Origin: Eledone cirrhosa
Lineage: Eukaryota
Assembly (NCBI GenBank): GCA_964016885.1
Contig: OZ024758.1
Span: forward strand, 26,598,001-26,662,000
Direction of reading: 5' to 3'
DNA length: 64,000 bases
The translations under genes were made by a program, and so were the position numbers. The notes below the pieces were generated by a model that was not told the DNA's origin, ran no database searches, and was given only the letters and a program-made list of their open reading frames with translations. Below, in pieces: positions 25,979-39,790 of the stretch (the first letter of the stretch is position 1; each line of letters begins with the position of its first letter).

Positions 25979-28480
25979 GTGCACCCAGCTCATCCTGTAA
26001 GGTGGTTGTGTTGGTGACACAACAAAAAGCACCCAGCTCATCTTGTAAGGTGGCTGTGTTGGTGACACAACAAAAAGCACCCAGCTCATCTTGTAAGGTG
26101 GTTGTGTTGGTGACACAACAAAAAGCACCCAGCTCATCTTGTAAGGTGGTTGTGTTGGTGACACAACAAAAAGCACCCAGCTCATCTTGTAAGGTGGCTG
26201 TGTTGGTGACACAACAAAAAGCACCCAGCTCATCTTGTAAGGTGGTTGTGTTGGTGACACAACAAAAAGCACCCAGCTCATCTTGTAAGGTGGCTGTGTT
26301 GGTGACACAACAAAAAGCACCCAGCTCATCTTGTAAGGTGGTTGTGTTGGTGACACAACAAAAAGCACCCAGCTCATCTTGTAAGGTGGTTGTGTTGGTG
26401 ACACAACAAAAAGCACCCAGCTCATCTTGTAAGGTGGTTGTGTTGGTGACACAACAAAAAGCACCCAGCTCATCTTGTAAGGTGGCTGTGTTGGTGACAC
26501 AACAAAAAGCACCCAGCTCATCTTGTAAGGTGGTTGTGTTGGTGACACAACAAAAAGCACCCAGCTCATCTTGTAAGGTGGCTGTGTTGGTGACACAACA
26601 AAAAGCACCCAGCTCATCTTGTAAGGTGGTTGTGTTGGTGACACAACAAAAAGCACCCAGCTCATCCTGTAAGGTGGTTGTGTTGGTGACACAACAAAAA
26701 GCACCCAGCTCATCCTGTAAGGTGGTTGTGTTGGTGACACAACAAAAAGCACCCAGCTCATCTTGTAAGGTGGCTGTGTTGGTGACACAACAAAAAGCAC
26801 CCAGCTCATCCTGTAAGGTGGTTGTGTTGGTGACACAACAAAAAGCACCCAGCTCATCTTGTAAGGTGGCTGTGTTGGTGACACAACAAAAAGCACCCAG
26901 CTCATCCTGTAAGGTGGTTGTGTTGGTGACACAACAAAAAGCACCCAGCTCATCTTGTAAGGTGGCTGTGTTGGTGACACAACAAAAAGCACCCAGCTCA
27001 TCTTGTAAGGTGGTTGTGTTGGTGACACAACAAAAAGCACCCAGCTCATCCTGTAAGATGGTTGTGTTGGTGACACAACAAAAAGCACCCAACTCATCTT
27101 GTAAGGTGGTTGTGTTGGTGACACAACAAAAAGCACCCAGCTCATCTTGTAAGGTGGTTGTGTTGGTGACACAACAAAAAGCACCCAGCTCATCTTGTAA
27201 GGTGGTTGTGTTGGTGACACAACAAAAAGCACCCAGCTCATCTTGTAAGGTGGCTGTGTTGGTGACACAACAAAAAGCACCCAGCTCATCTTGTAAGGTG
27301 GTTGTGTTGGTGACACAACAAAAAGCACCCAGCTCATCTTGTAAGGTGGTTGTGTTGGTGACACAACAAAAAGCACCCAGCTCATCCTGTAAGGTGGTTG
27401 TGTTGGTGACACAACAAAAAGCACCCAGCTCATCCTGTAAGGTGGTTGTGTTGGTGACACAACAAAAAGCACCCAGCTCATCTTGTAAGGTGGTTGTGTT
27501 GGTGACACAACAAAAAGCACCCAGCTCATCTTGTAAGGTGGTTGTGTTGGTGACACAACAAAAAGCACCCAGCTCATCTTGTAAGGTGGTTGTGTTGGTG
27601 ACACAACAAAAAGCACCCAGCTCATCTTGTAAGGTGGCTGTGTTGGTGACACAACAAAAAGCACCCAACTCATCTTGTAAGGTGGTTGTGTTGGTGACAC
27701 AACAAAAAGCACCCAGCTCATCTTGTAAGGTGGTTGTGTTGGTGACACAACAAAAAGCACCCAGCTCATCTTGTAAGGTGGTTGTGTTGGTGACACAACA
27801 AAAAGCACCCAGCTCATCTTGTAAGGTGGCTGTGTTGGTGACACAACAAAAAGCACCCAGCTCATCTTGTAAGGTGGTTGTGTTGGTGACACAACAAAAA
27901 GCACCCAGCTCATCTTGTAAGGTGGTTGTGTTGGTGACACAACAAAAAGCACCCAGCTCATCCTGTAAGGTGGTTGTGTTGGTGACACAACAAAAAGCAC
28001 CCAGCTCATCCTGTAAGGTGGTTGTGTTGGTGACACAACAAAAAGCACCCAGCTCATCTTGTAAGGTGGTTGTGTTGGTGACACAACAAAAAGCACCCAG
28101 CTCATCTTGTAAGGTGGTTGTGTTGGTGACACAACAAAAAGCACCCAGCTCATCTTGTAAGGTGGTTGTGTTGGTGACACAACAAAAAGCACCCAGCTCA
28201 TCCTGTAAGGTGGCTGTGTTGGTGACACAACAAAAAGCACCCAGCTCATCTTGTAAGGTGGTTGTGTTGGTGACACAACAAAAAGCACCCAGCTCATCTT
28301 GTAAGGTGGTTGTGTTGGTGACACAACAAAAATCACACAGCACACTCTGTAAGGTAATTGTATTGGTGACCCAACAAAATGCACCCTGTCTACCCTGTAA
28401 CGTGGTCGTGTTGGTGACAAAGCAAAAAGCACCCTGTCTGCTCTGTAAGGTGATCATATTGGTGACATGATGAAAAAGTA
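25979..28480 (+). repeat. 48-bp minisatellite (~52 units), second variant of the RTE 3' UTR unit
   Basis: Unit caacaaaaagcacccagctcatcttgtaaggtggttgtgttggtgaca; highly homogeneous, degenerating at the 3' edge. Confidence 0.96.
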
Positions 28481-28887
28481 CCTAGTCCAACCTGTCAGCT
28501 GGTCGTTCATAGGCTGACTAAGATACTCTCATGGAATGACCAAATAAGATTTTTTTTTTTAACATAGTCCCTGGAAAGAAACAATGCAGTTATTAACAAT
28601 AGGAGTTGAAATTAATACATGCAAGATTTCACTGCTTTAGCATCACTCTTTCTTAGCCTATGGATTTTTCAACTGATCCTCGTATTTATTTGACTAACAA
28701 CTTATACAGATTCTTTTATATGTAATATTTCCCTCAAGTCAGTGAATTGTCAGAGTTGCTAAGGTGTTAGATTTTTTTTTAAATGCATCGGTATTTGTTC
28801 AGGTTCAAATCCCACCAAGGTCAACTTTGCCTTTCATCCTTTCAAGGTCAATAAATAAAGTACCAGTCAAGTACTGTAGTCAATTGC

Positions 28888-28925
<38 letters not shown>

Positions 28926-29978
28926 AAGACATCGACTCTTTGTTACAACCTGGACAGGGACGGATCTCTGCCAGGTTTAAGATGTCCAAGACATGCCGCC
29001 ATGTATCAAGCTGGCACCTCTATAGCTCCAACAATCTTTACCTTTAAGTGTTTCCCTCACACACACACATACACAGAATGAAGTGTGTGTGTGGGGGTGG
29101 GGTCACAGTTCCGATACTATGGACATGTGGTTAGAATGTCTCGGGGGAAAAAATTGCTGGACAGATTTTACGGGCAAAACCAACTGGCAGGACACCCGGT
29201 GGGTAGACCCCAAGGAAGATGGTTGGATAACATCCATGAGCTTGGCTGATCTTGTTTAGGGATCCTGCTGGATCAGTTGGAGGCAGTTGCTTCTGACAGG
29301 ACCCACTGGAGGGAGTGTTTGAAGACTTTGCCCCCACAACTTTCTCAGGAAGAAGTAGAGTAGGATGGGGGGTCTGCATTATTTCCTTTTGTTTTTGAAG
29401 TTGCATAATAAAAATGTATGATTAACCCTTTACCATTTACATTACTTTATATTTACTATTATATTTTCTTGGCAGTATCAATAAAGGGTCGGACGCCATG
29501 CTTTCCAGCATAGTTACGTCCCTTTACGATCTGAGTTCAAATCCCGCCGAGGTTGACTTTGCCTTTCATCCTTACGGGGTCGATAAAATAAAGTACCAGT
29601 AACGCACTGGGTATTTGCTGGCCTTGTGCCTAAAGTAGAAACAATTATATTTTCATGGTAAAGGCTTTACCTCACACAATTATTTCACATAATATTGAGT
29701 CTATGAGATTTTGATATTTATTTTGAGAACAATACCTTGACATCAGTATGAGTGACTGGTTATGACCAGTTTCAACAGAAAGAAGTGAAAGAATTATGGC
29801 CAGTTTAAATGCTCATGGGTTAAATACCGCCCTCACACACATACACATAATGAAATGAGGTGATTTTTTGGGGGTCGGGGAGAGGTGTGGGGCTACATTA
29901 TTTCCTTTTCTTTTTGAAGTTGCATAATAAAAGTATGTTTAATAAAATTATTAATAACATTTTTTATATATTTTCAAG

Positions 29979-30114
29979 GGATCTTTAAAAAGAACATTGC
30001 AAGGACATGGGCACTGGGTAAATACAATGGCTCTCAGCACTGATTATGTGATGCGTACTTCTGCATTTGACCCCAGAAATGCAGATGTTGTTTACAAAGA
30101 TATCACAGAATCAG
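29979..30114 (+). CDS. NLE1: Notchless protein homolog 1 (WD40 60S assembly factor, Rsa4 ortholog), internal exon
   Basis: Translates GSLKRTLQGHGHWVNTMALSTDYVMRTSAFDPRNADVVYKDITES, matching the recalled human NLE1 segment GVLCRTLQGHGHWVNTMALSTDYALRTGAFEP. Acceptor ttttcaag ends at 29978; donor CAG|gtatat follows 30114 (phase 1). Confidence 0.93.
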
Positions 30115-30458
30115 GTATATTTCTTTTAGTTTCTTCATTTCTTTTATTTTTTTCAAATTATTTATTTTTAAATATTTTATTATAAGTGAGTCATACTAGA
30201 AATCATTAATCCCGCCGAGGTTAACTTTGCCTTTCATCCTTACGGGGTCGATAAAATAAAGTACCAGTAATGTACTGGGGTAATTGCTGGTCTTGTGCCA
30301 AAAGTAGAAACAATTATAAGTGAGTATTGAAATTTGTTTTAAAGCAATGTGGGATATGAAAACTGTGAGGTTTGAAAGCCACTCTACAAATGCAGTTGTG
30401 GTGAAAATATCCAGGTAATAAAATCAAGGGGCGGGGGGACAAGTAATTCTTTGATATA

Positions 30459-30493
30459 ACCCTGATGAAAGACAGAATGTCTGAAATATAGGT
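30459..30493 (+). ncRNA. Minimal hammerhead motif in the loop of an imperfect inverted repeat (30356-30428 / 30520-30583)
   Basis: ACC CUGAUGA A AGACA GAA UGUCU GAAA UA UA GGU. Confidence 0.65.
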
Positions 30494-31940
30494 GCAATAA
30501 ATTGAAAGGTAACATCATCTCTGGTTTTTCTACCTGGATATTTTCACCTCAACTGCCATGGCAGTTTAAACTTCAGTTTTCATTTGATTATAATTTAGTT
30601 GAAATGACCATGTATTGTAGAAAAACTGGTTGGATGATGAAAAATGATGATGTTTTTTGGTTTTTTTTGGTTTGTTTTTTCTATTCTGATTTCTCTTTGA
30701 TCAGTGGTTCCAATATTATTGTCTTTAGATTGGTGGAACGCCATTATAGTAGATTCTAAGGATTAAAATGTCAAACTGACTATCAAATCTCTTGTTTTAT
30801 GAGAAACCCTTTGTTTACTTCAAGCTGTGTTTCTTAGTGCTGGTTCACTAGTGATGTACCATATATGACGGTTTATAAGTCACATGGGCTTATAAGGCGT
30901 ACCTTTATTTGGGCGGCCATTTTAAAATAAATAAATAAATGGGTTTAAACTACAAACGTCGGGTGAAGGTATAAAGTTTGTACATCGTATTTGTTGATTA
31001 TCATTCTACGTCGTAATTCTAGTTGTAATATTCTAGTTGTAATACATTTTTAGAACAAAAGGAAGTGTAAAAATTCCACCATCCATGACCTTATAAGGTA
31101 CAGGGGGATTTTCTGGGACATTTATTTTTAAAAAGAAAGCCATCAAAGACAGGAACAAACGCTGTTAACTTTAGCAATAACATGGCCATTCACACTCACA
31201 TCTCAATTCTAGATATGTTAAAATTTCTGATTTTCTAATGTGCATATAGTGAGAGGGGAGACATCATTCTAGTGCATTGTTTCTTAACATTTATATATAT
31301 ATATATATATATATATGGTAGCCACGGAGTAGGCAGACCCAGAAAAACCTGGGACGACTTGATAAATTCCGACCTCACACACTTACATCTCTCCAAGACA
31401 ATGTCACTGGACCGAGATTTTTGGCGCTACACAGTCATACAGAAGACACGCCTTGCCTAAGTACAAAGTGAAACCTACAGTCAGTAGGCATCTCTAACAA
31501 AATACACCCACCCCCCCGTCCCACTACTCCCACCCCATCCACACCACCCCCTTAAATGTGAAGTTATGTTGGTACCACAACATCCAGTCCGAAACAAATG
31601 AGGTCGTGTAGGTGTCACGACAAAAAAAACACACAGTCCACGCTGTAATGTGGCCGTGTAGGTAACACGGTAAACACCTCCCAGTCCACACTGTAAATGT
31701 GGTTGGTGTTAGGAAGGGCATCCAGCCGTAGAAAACCCACCAGACAGTCCTATGCGAGCAAGACAACCACTCTTGTCTCAAGTGGGAAAACTCCCGTCCA
31801 AACCCATGCAAGCGTGGAAGATGGACGTTAAACGATGATGATGATGATGATGATATATGTATTAGAAGATATTCCAGGGATAACTTGAACCGTTAAATAT
31901 ATCATCCTTGGTCATGTCAAATATTTATAAAACATTTTGT

Positions 31941-32000
31941 ATTTTATCTGATGAAAGCATACCAAAATTTTTGGTACCCTTGAAATATATATAACAGAAT
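31941..32000 (+). ncRNA. Hammerhead motif; same family as 39589
   Basis: AUUUUAU CUGAUGA AAG CA UACCAAAA UUUUUGGUA CC CUU GAAA UAUAUA UA ACAGAAU. Downstream sequence matches 39652-39690 and ends in (TA)n. Confidence 0.7.
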
Positions 32001-32239
32001 AAATATGGTTTTATAAATATAGTTTCCATTTATTTAATATCATTGTATATATATATATGTATGTATGTATATATATATATGTATATATATATATGTATGT
32101 ATATATATATATATGTATGTATATGTATATATATATTTTCCAAGAGATGTCAACATGAATGGACCTGTTATTTTTATCTAAAGACATTTTTTCCAATTCC
32201 AACCTGCCCGTCCCCTCAATCTATTTTATTCTCATTCTT

Positions 32240-32275
32240 TCTTCTGATGAAGGACTAGTGTCCGAAACGTTAAGA
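32240..32275 (+). ncRNA. Minimal hammerhead motif; degenerate relative at 53698-53735
   Basis: UCUU CUGAUGA A GGAC UAGU GUCC GAAA CG UU AAGA: 4-bp stems I and II, loopless palindromic stem III. Confidence 0.75.
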
Positions 32276-34792
32276 CCCTCTTCCAGCTATTTCAAGCGTT
32301 AATGTAATATATTCCTTCCATATACTGTACTGATTGTGTTGTTATTTCTGTTTACCTTTTACATACATAGTAAAACCTACTACAGCCAGTAGGCATCTCT
32401 AACAAAATACCCCCCCCCCCCCCCCCCCCCCATCCACACCACCCCGTTCTATGTAAAGTTATGTTGGTGCCGCGCCATCCAGGCCGAAACAAATGAGATC
32501 GTGTAGGTGTCACGACAAAAAAACACACAGTCCACACTGTAATGTGGCCGTGTAGGCAACACGGTAAAAACCTCCCAGTCCCACACTGTAAATGTGGTTG
32601 GTGTTAGGAAGGGCATCCAACTGTAGAAAATCTGCCAGACAGTCCTATGCAAGCAAGACAATCACTCTTGCCTCAAGTGGGACTACCCCCGTCCAAACCC
32701 ATGCAAGCGTGGAACACAGATGTTAAACGTTGATGATGATGATGATACATATATATTTCCTTCCCTTTATAAGTTCACCATCCTTAAATAAGACCTCTCA
32801 CATACACACACCTATATACATACATATATATATATACAAATGGTTAGAAAAATTGCTTTTGTATATAAAATAGTTTATTGCACAATCCCAACCACCTCAT
32901 GGCAGTACACTGTGAAGTGGTTGGCGTTAAAAAGAGTATTCAGCTGTAGAAATCAAGCAAGAATGGAACCTGTGAGACACAATCATCTAACTTGTATAGC
33001 TAGAGAACATGATAACCTGTCTAATTCATATAAGCATGGAAAATAGGCATAAAAAAAAAATAAGGATATATAATTGTTTCTACTTTAGGCACAATGACAG
33101 CAATTACTCAGTGCATTACTGGTACTTTATTTTATCGACCCCGTAAGGATGAAAGGCAAAGTCAACCTCGGCGGGATATAATTTAATATTATCGTCTTTA
33201 AATTCAAATTTAAAGAAAATAAATCTAGCAAAACTGTGCAAATAATAAAGAATTTTTTTTAATCATAAAAACAAAATTTTTCTTCTGAAATCCTCAAATT
33301 TTTCCCTAGAATTCTGAAGTTTCTCCCTGAGAGGAAATTTCCCTCAGTTTAACAATTACAGCTCTAGTGCAAATGATCTTTTCTTTTTTCATGTGTTTAG
33401 ACAAGATGTCTATGATACAGAATTATGGTGTTTGAAAGAAAAGTAAAGAAATATATTTGATAAAAAAGTAAAATAAGTAATTGATTGGTAATTGAAGTGT
33501 TTCTTTTTATCAATTCCAGGAAAAGTCACTTTCTGTGTTATTTAAACTTCAAATTCAGAAGCCACTAGACACTAGGCTTTAAAAAAATGGTGCAAATGCT
33601 ATCTCTCTTCTGTAGATAAATTTCTACGATTCTGTCACAACACATAAAGAAAGGGCAGTAGCTTGACTACCTCATACTACTCCTTTCTCTTTACACCTGC
33701 TGCTTGCATGTCTGTAAAAGGAACAAAGGAGATTGTGAGTGTATGTGTGTGTTTACGTAAATGTATGTATGTGTGTGTGTTTGTGAATGTATGTGTGTGT
33801 TTGTATGAATGATTGTCTGAGAGTGTGTATGTTTGTAAGTGTGTCCGTGTTTGCAAGTTTATATTTATATACTCATACATATAAATGTATGCATATGCAC
33901 ACACATGCACACATATGCGTCAGCGTGTTGAACAAAATTCTAGTACTACAAATTTCTCTAACATCAAGATTTAAGTCTATAAATTCTTTCCTGTTTTTAT
34001 CAAGTATATTTTATAGAAGTCATTAGGTGTTAAAGTTATACAGCATTGAATTAAACATTGATTAGGGGATACATTTGCTGAACTGTAATGTAAAACAGAC
34101 CTGCTGCAAAAATAGGCTAATACTCCAATCGATTCATACTTTTTCCAGTAATAACCCATTTTAGAAATATATAAATCCTATTTTTCCCCAGTCACATGTA
34201 ACTGTCCCTGGTTTTATGATAGAAAGTTGTTTATTTTAAAATGTTTAACCCTTTAGCATTTACATTACTCTATATTTTCTGTTGTAGGCGGTGGATTGGC
34301 AATATCGGTAGAGGGTCGGACGCCATGCTTTGACGTATAGAGTTACGTCCTTTGCCATTCTGAGTTCAAATCCCGCCAAGGTTAACTTTGCCTTTCATCC
34401 TTATGGTGTCGATAAAATAAAGTACCAGTAATGTACTGGGTAATTGCTGGCCTTGTGCCAAAAGTAGAAACAATTACTCTATATTTACTGTTATATTTTT
34501 GCAGAAAGGGCTTTATCTCACATGTTGTATCTATGAGATTTTGATATTATTTATTTTGAGAACAATACCTAAACATCCGTATGAGTGGCTGGTTTGAACA
34601 GAAAGAGGTGAGAGAATTCTGGACGGATACAGCCAGTTTAAATGCTAAAGGGTTAAAATATTTTATTATTTTTCCTATTATTATTATTATTTTTAGGATA
34701 TTCCAAGTCATCCTATCCACCGTTAAATGTAAGTGAAATCTTAAAGAAGCATAATTTTCCTTTTCAATCATTGAATTCTTTTCTATTTCTAG

Positions 34793-34839
34793 CTGAAGAA
34801 CTCTCCAAAAAAGCATTAGAAAGATACAATGCTGTTAAG
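34793..34839 (+). CDS. NLE1: NLE1 next internal exon (47 nt)
   Basis: Polypyrimidine tract and ttctag acceptor. G|CT continues the frame to give AEELSKKALERYNAVK (human LQELKERALSRYNLVR). Donor AAG|gtaata. Confidence 0.88.
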
Positions 34840-37800
34840 GTAATATCATTTTATTTAATTTGTAACTTTAATGATGCTCGTCATTATCATGATTTACCAT
34901 CCATTTGAGCTACAGAACTCACCTATGGGTCAGAGACTGCACCTCACTTACAAACATTCCTGCACTTTATAGAGTGCACTGGTGCATTTCATTACGAGAC
35001 CAGCACTGGGGAGGTTGTCATGTCATAGACACAAATGAAAACAGTCCTCTCGACCCATTGTTTGGCAAGTTTTCCACAGCTGCATGCCCTTATTGTCACC
35101 AACCACATTATCAACATATCTATTTGTTATATTTCCCATATGTTTTATTTTAGGTGCTTTTCTGATTCGTATTTTCATGTACAATATTTGTCATGTATCC
35201 CTGTCAATTGAGTCAAAAGATCCCAACCTGTATTGTTTTTTCTGTCTTATATTTGTTGCATTTTTATCCTAAATAGCCATCTTTTTTTGAGGAGTTATTG
35301 GTGTACTGGGAAAGGTGGTACTGTCTTAGTAACCAAAACCATAAAAATATCAAGCTGACAGCTAATGAGTGGGAAACTTGTTCGTCAGCTCTGAGTTTTC
35401 GGTGTGCTTTGTTTGACCCTATGTTAGTTTTGGAACTCTATATATCACACATTAAATGATCATGATACACCTTATTTATTTTGGTATGCATAAATATATT
35501 TCTGTTCTCCAGTACATATGAAATAACAATTTAAACATATAAATATATATATAGCATGATGCCTACACATATTGCATGACAAAGCAAAGTTAATATTAAG
35601 GGTGATTGATTCACAGGATTGTTAGAGTTACAGTATTTAATTGCAGCCCCTTAACCCTTTAGCATTTACATTACTCTATATATACTATTGTAGTTTCACA
35701 GTAAACACTTTATCTTACATAACATGGAATCTATGAGATATTGATATTATTTATTTTGAGAACAATACCTTAAAATAAGTATGAGCAGCCAGTTACAGCC
35801 AGTTTGAACAGAAAGAGGTGAGAGAATTCTGGCCAGATATGGCTGGTTTAAATGCCAGATAGTCCTATATTAGCGAGACACGGTCACCCGACCAGCCTTG
35901 CCTCAAGCGGGACAACTCCTGTCTAACCCATGCTAGCGTGGAAAATGGATGTTAAACGATGATGATGATGATGATGATATATAGAGTAATGTAAATGTTA
36001 TGTGAGATATTATGTGAAATAATTATGTGAGGTAAAGCCTTTACCATGAAAATATAATAGTATATATAGAATAATGAAAATGCTAAAGGGTTAATATGTG
36101 TGGATTTGTGCCAATGGTAGAAATTAACAGTGCCCATTCATCATCATCATCGTCGTTGTCATCGTATGTCTATTTTCCATGCTTGCAGAGGTTAGATGAG
36201 TTATCATATACTGAGGTTTGACTGGTTAGGTGACCTCATCTTGCTCATATGTTCCATTTTTGGCTTGGTTTCTACAGCTAAGTGTCCTTCCTGATGTCAG
36301 CCACTTTACAGCATTTACTGGGAACATTTTATCGTGATTACAGCACTACCCACCTTACAAGCTGAACTGTGTGAATTTTGTCATGGCACCGGCACTACCA
36401 CCTTACAGGGCAGACAAGGGGCTTTTTGGAATGACACTGGCACAACTGGGTGCTTTTTATTATGCAATTTGGGGAGAGGGGAATGTCGATTAAATTGATC
36501 CAAGTGCATTACTGGTACTTTATTTTATCGACCCTGTAATGATTTATGATTTAGACACAAGTCCAGTAATTTGGGGTTGTGGGGAAAGCTGATTATATCG
36601 ATCCCAGTTCTTTGGTACTTTGTTATCAACCCCGTAAGGATGGAAGGCAAAGCTAAACCTCGGCAGGATTTGAACTCAGAATGTAAAGGGCCATAACTCT
36701 ATGCTACAAAACATGGTGTCCATTGCTCTACTGATACTGGCAATCCACCGCTGTTTAGAGAAATAATAATTGTTCTATTTTTGGCACAAGGCCAGCAATT
36801 ACTCAGTGTATTACTGGTACTTTATTTTATCGACTCCCGTAAGGATGAAAGGCAAAGTTAACCTTGGCGGGATTTGAACTCAGATCATAAGAGAAATAAT
36901 AATACAAAGAAATACTTTCAAGTTTATGTGTCTGTCTGTACATACATACATGAACACACAACCTTTACCTTCTATCTAATATATGCTACAACATAAAAGT
37001 ACAGGAGTATACCTGGCAAATTTATTTCAATGAGGTTGAAGTTTGCAAAAACACAATATCATTTTTACTAGAAGTAAAGGTTTCATAGAAAATAAAATGT
37101 TTATAGATGATTCTTACAATTTGATTCACATAAAGGTTTTCCTCTTAATTCAAAGTCACTGACCCGGAAAGAAAAAAAGCCTAGTTACATTCCAACACTG
37201 GAAGGAGAAGAAACTACTAGATTTATAGGAGTAGACTTCCAATGAAATCAAATGTGCTTTCAAACGTTTTCTTTTATACATTGTGTGTATCTGTCTCTGT
37301 ATTGAAAATTCAAAGGTGAACATTATATATATATATGTAGTTCACAGCTGAGAGAATAGAATACTCAATACCGAAGTAGAGTTTAAATATTCATTTTATT
37401 AAGGTTAAATAGTTAGTCTTGTTATGCTTGAGCTTTGCCTGTTTATCAGAATAAATAAGACTCTAGAGTAACAAGACTCACTATTTAGCCTTAATATAAT
37501 ATATATATGTATATATAAATTGGAGGCACATGGCTTAGTGGTTAGAGCATTGGCCTTGTAATCGAAAGGTTGTGAGTATATATAGATGTGTGAGTATATG
37601 ATGATGATCATCATCATTTACATGTCCATTTTTCTAGTCCACTACACTGCATGCTCCATTTGATGTGTAATATTAATGCCAGGTGTAGGATCAGTTGGCT
37701 GAAATTAACAGATGATATGGTGCTACTTAACTGGTTGGCTGGTGATCTCCGACATGCATCAGATAGGTTTGCTGCTAAGTGCTACACTGTGGAAAGGAAA

Positions 37801-39207
37801 ATCAGTGCAGTCTGCATGTGAATGGAGGAATACAGGTATCTCGAGACTGTTTTCACAAGTGATGGAGGCAGGAGAGTGAATTAAATGCAAGATTTGCTGG
37901 AGCTGGTACCATAATGCATCAGCTTCAACATTTAGTCATCAGAAGAAAGGAGGTAGACATAAAAACTAAACTCACTATTTTCGATTTGGTGTTCATGTTT
38001 ACACTTACCTATGGTCATGAATCTTGGGTAATGACCAAAACGAGGTCCTGTAGTAAAGCTACTATGAATATTTGAATTAACAAACCAAACCCATTTTAAG
38101 ATATTTTTTACTAAATCTTCACAGCATGTCAACAATTAAACAGATTGAAAATCCAATCTAGGATATTAGATCTTTCTTGCATGTCTTTCTTTCTATCTGC
38201 TTGATATGTTTGGTATAAATGGTAAAGTAACCAGAAAACAGGATTCACAGATAATAATGTGCTCAGGTGCACTACAACTCATCAAAGGTGCATGTATAGT
38301 ACATAGAATAATGTTCAAATGTCAGGAAAATGAACAGTGTATGAGTCTTGAAATACATGTGTGTGTGTGTGTGTGTATGGAGGGGGGGGGGGGCATCAGG
38401 TGCAGGTAATTTCGAAATTAGCTATAAATAGACAAAATTATTAGATAGGTTAAAGGGAGATAACTATCATAAAAATAATACCAAATGCAGGGAATATATA
38501 CCAAGTTAGTAATTCAAAGAAATCAAGTTCCTTAAAATTCAAATTAGTTAGCCTGGTCTATACCATTTTCTCAGAATGAATTTCACTTCATGTGGACAGT
38601 GAGTGAAGCAACCAAGGCGTGTATTTAAGCAGTGTTTCCATGAAGCCAGTTGTAAGAGTATATTCACTTATTCGAGTTATATAGCTGGCAAAATTTTGTC
38701 CCATTAATGTAAGGGGTAGAATTTTCTAATATACTCCATTGGGAAAAGGTGTGCCATTACTTTCAAGGCTCCATATGCATGCATTTTTAAAGAAATTTTC
38801 AATAAGACCTGTACAGCTTTTTCTTTCACACTTATTGGCTCAATGAAATATTTTGAAAGAGCATATATTAGAGTTGTTGCCATTGCACAATCACTCATAC
38901 ACACATACACATTCATATATATATACACACAGACACATATATATAGAAATATATATATATGTATATATAATGTCATTTTGACATATATAATATATATTAC
39001 AGTTACCATATTAAATATGACATTAAATATAGATTCAAGAAAATTTTTATTTGTGTAATTGCCAAATGTACTTAATAACCTCTTAGCATGTACACACATA
39101 CTCACACAAGCACTTGTCCAAAAGAATTGAGTGGGAAAATCAAAACCAAAATTTGAATCCTCCCCCTCCCCCCCCCCTCCCCCCCTCCCCCCCCCCCCCC
39201 CCCCCCC

Positions 39208-39246
<39 letters not shown>

Positions 39247-39249
<3 letters not shown>

Positions 39250-39693
39250 AAAGTTCTATTTAAATTGTTGGGATACAACAAGCAAATAGTTTTATAACTG
39301 ATATAAAACACTCGACAAGTATTTGGAGTAAATATACAATATTAACAAATGGAAACTATATTTATAAAACCATATTTATTTCATTATACATATTTCAAGG
39401 ATACCATGTTAAATTTATGGTATGCCTTCATCAGACAAAATACATATATACCAGTTTTATAAATAAACATTGACGTACCCTTTCAAAATGCAACCGTTAC
39501 TTTTGGAAGACATCAGGACTTCCAAAAGTAACGGTTTGCATTTTGAAAGGGTACGTCAATGTTTATTTATAAAACTGGTATATATTGTATTTTGTCTGAT
39601 GAAGGCATACCATAATTTAACATGGTATCCTTGAAATATGTATAATGAAATAAATATGGTTTTATAAATATAGTTTCCATTTGTTAATATCGT
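39247..39693. mobile_element. Penelope-like fold-back unit in (TA)n; arms ~39335-39509 and 39519-39693, 9-nt loop
   Basis: Near-perfect ~175-bp hairpin with an HHR in both arms. Confidence 0.75.
39589..39651 (+). ncRNA. Type I hammerhead; mirror copy at 39378-39441 (-)
   Basis: AUUUUGU CUGAUGA AGG-C-AUACCAU AAUUUAAC AUGGUAU CCUU GAAA UAUGUA UA AUGAAAU. Confidence 0.8.
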
Positions 39694-39717
39694 ATATATA
39701 TATATATATATATATGT

Positions 39718-39790
39718 GATGTGTTGGTGAAAATGGTAGCAGAGTGGTCCCGGATAACCAAAGATGTGGGTTCGACTCCCATGTACGTCA
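39718..39790 (+). pseudogene. tRNA-like sequence (pseudo-tRNA or SINE head)
   Basis: 73 nt; wobble-rich acceptor stem GATGTGT/GTACGTC, T arm GTGGG TTCGACT CCCAT, A-box-like TGGTGAAAATGG, 8-nt anticodon loop; T5 follows at ~39800. Confidence 0.5.

Noticed and set aside
25909-28470. 827-853 aa ORFs in three frames, and a CRISPR-like look
   Set aside because: Pure 48-bp tandem repeat with no unique spacers, no cas genes and a eukaryotic context; the ORFs arise because the unit is a multiple of 3 and lacks stops.
37420-37465. Minus-strand CTGATAA inside a small fold-back
   Set aside because: C3-A8 mismatch and no GAAA; counted only for its ACTC/GAGT tail hairpin.
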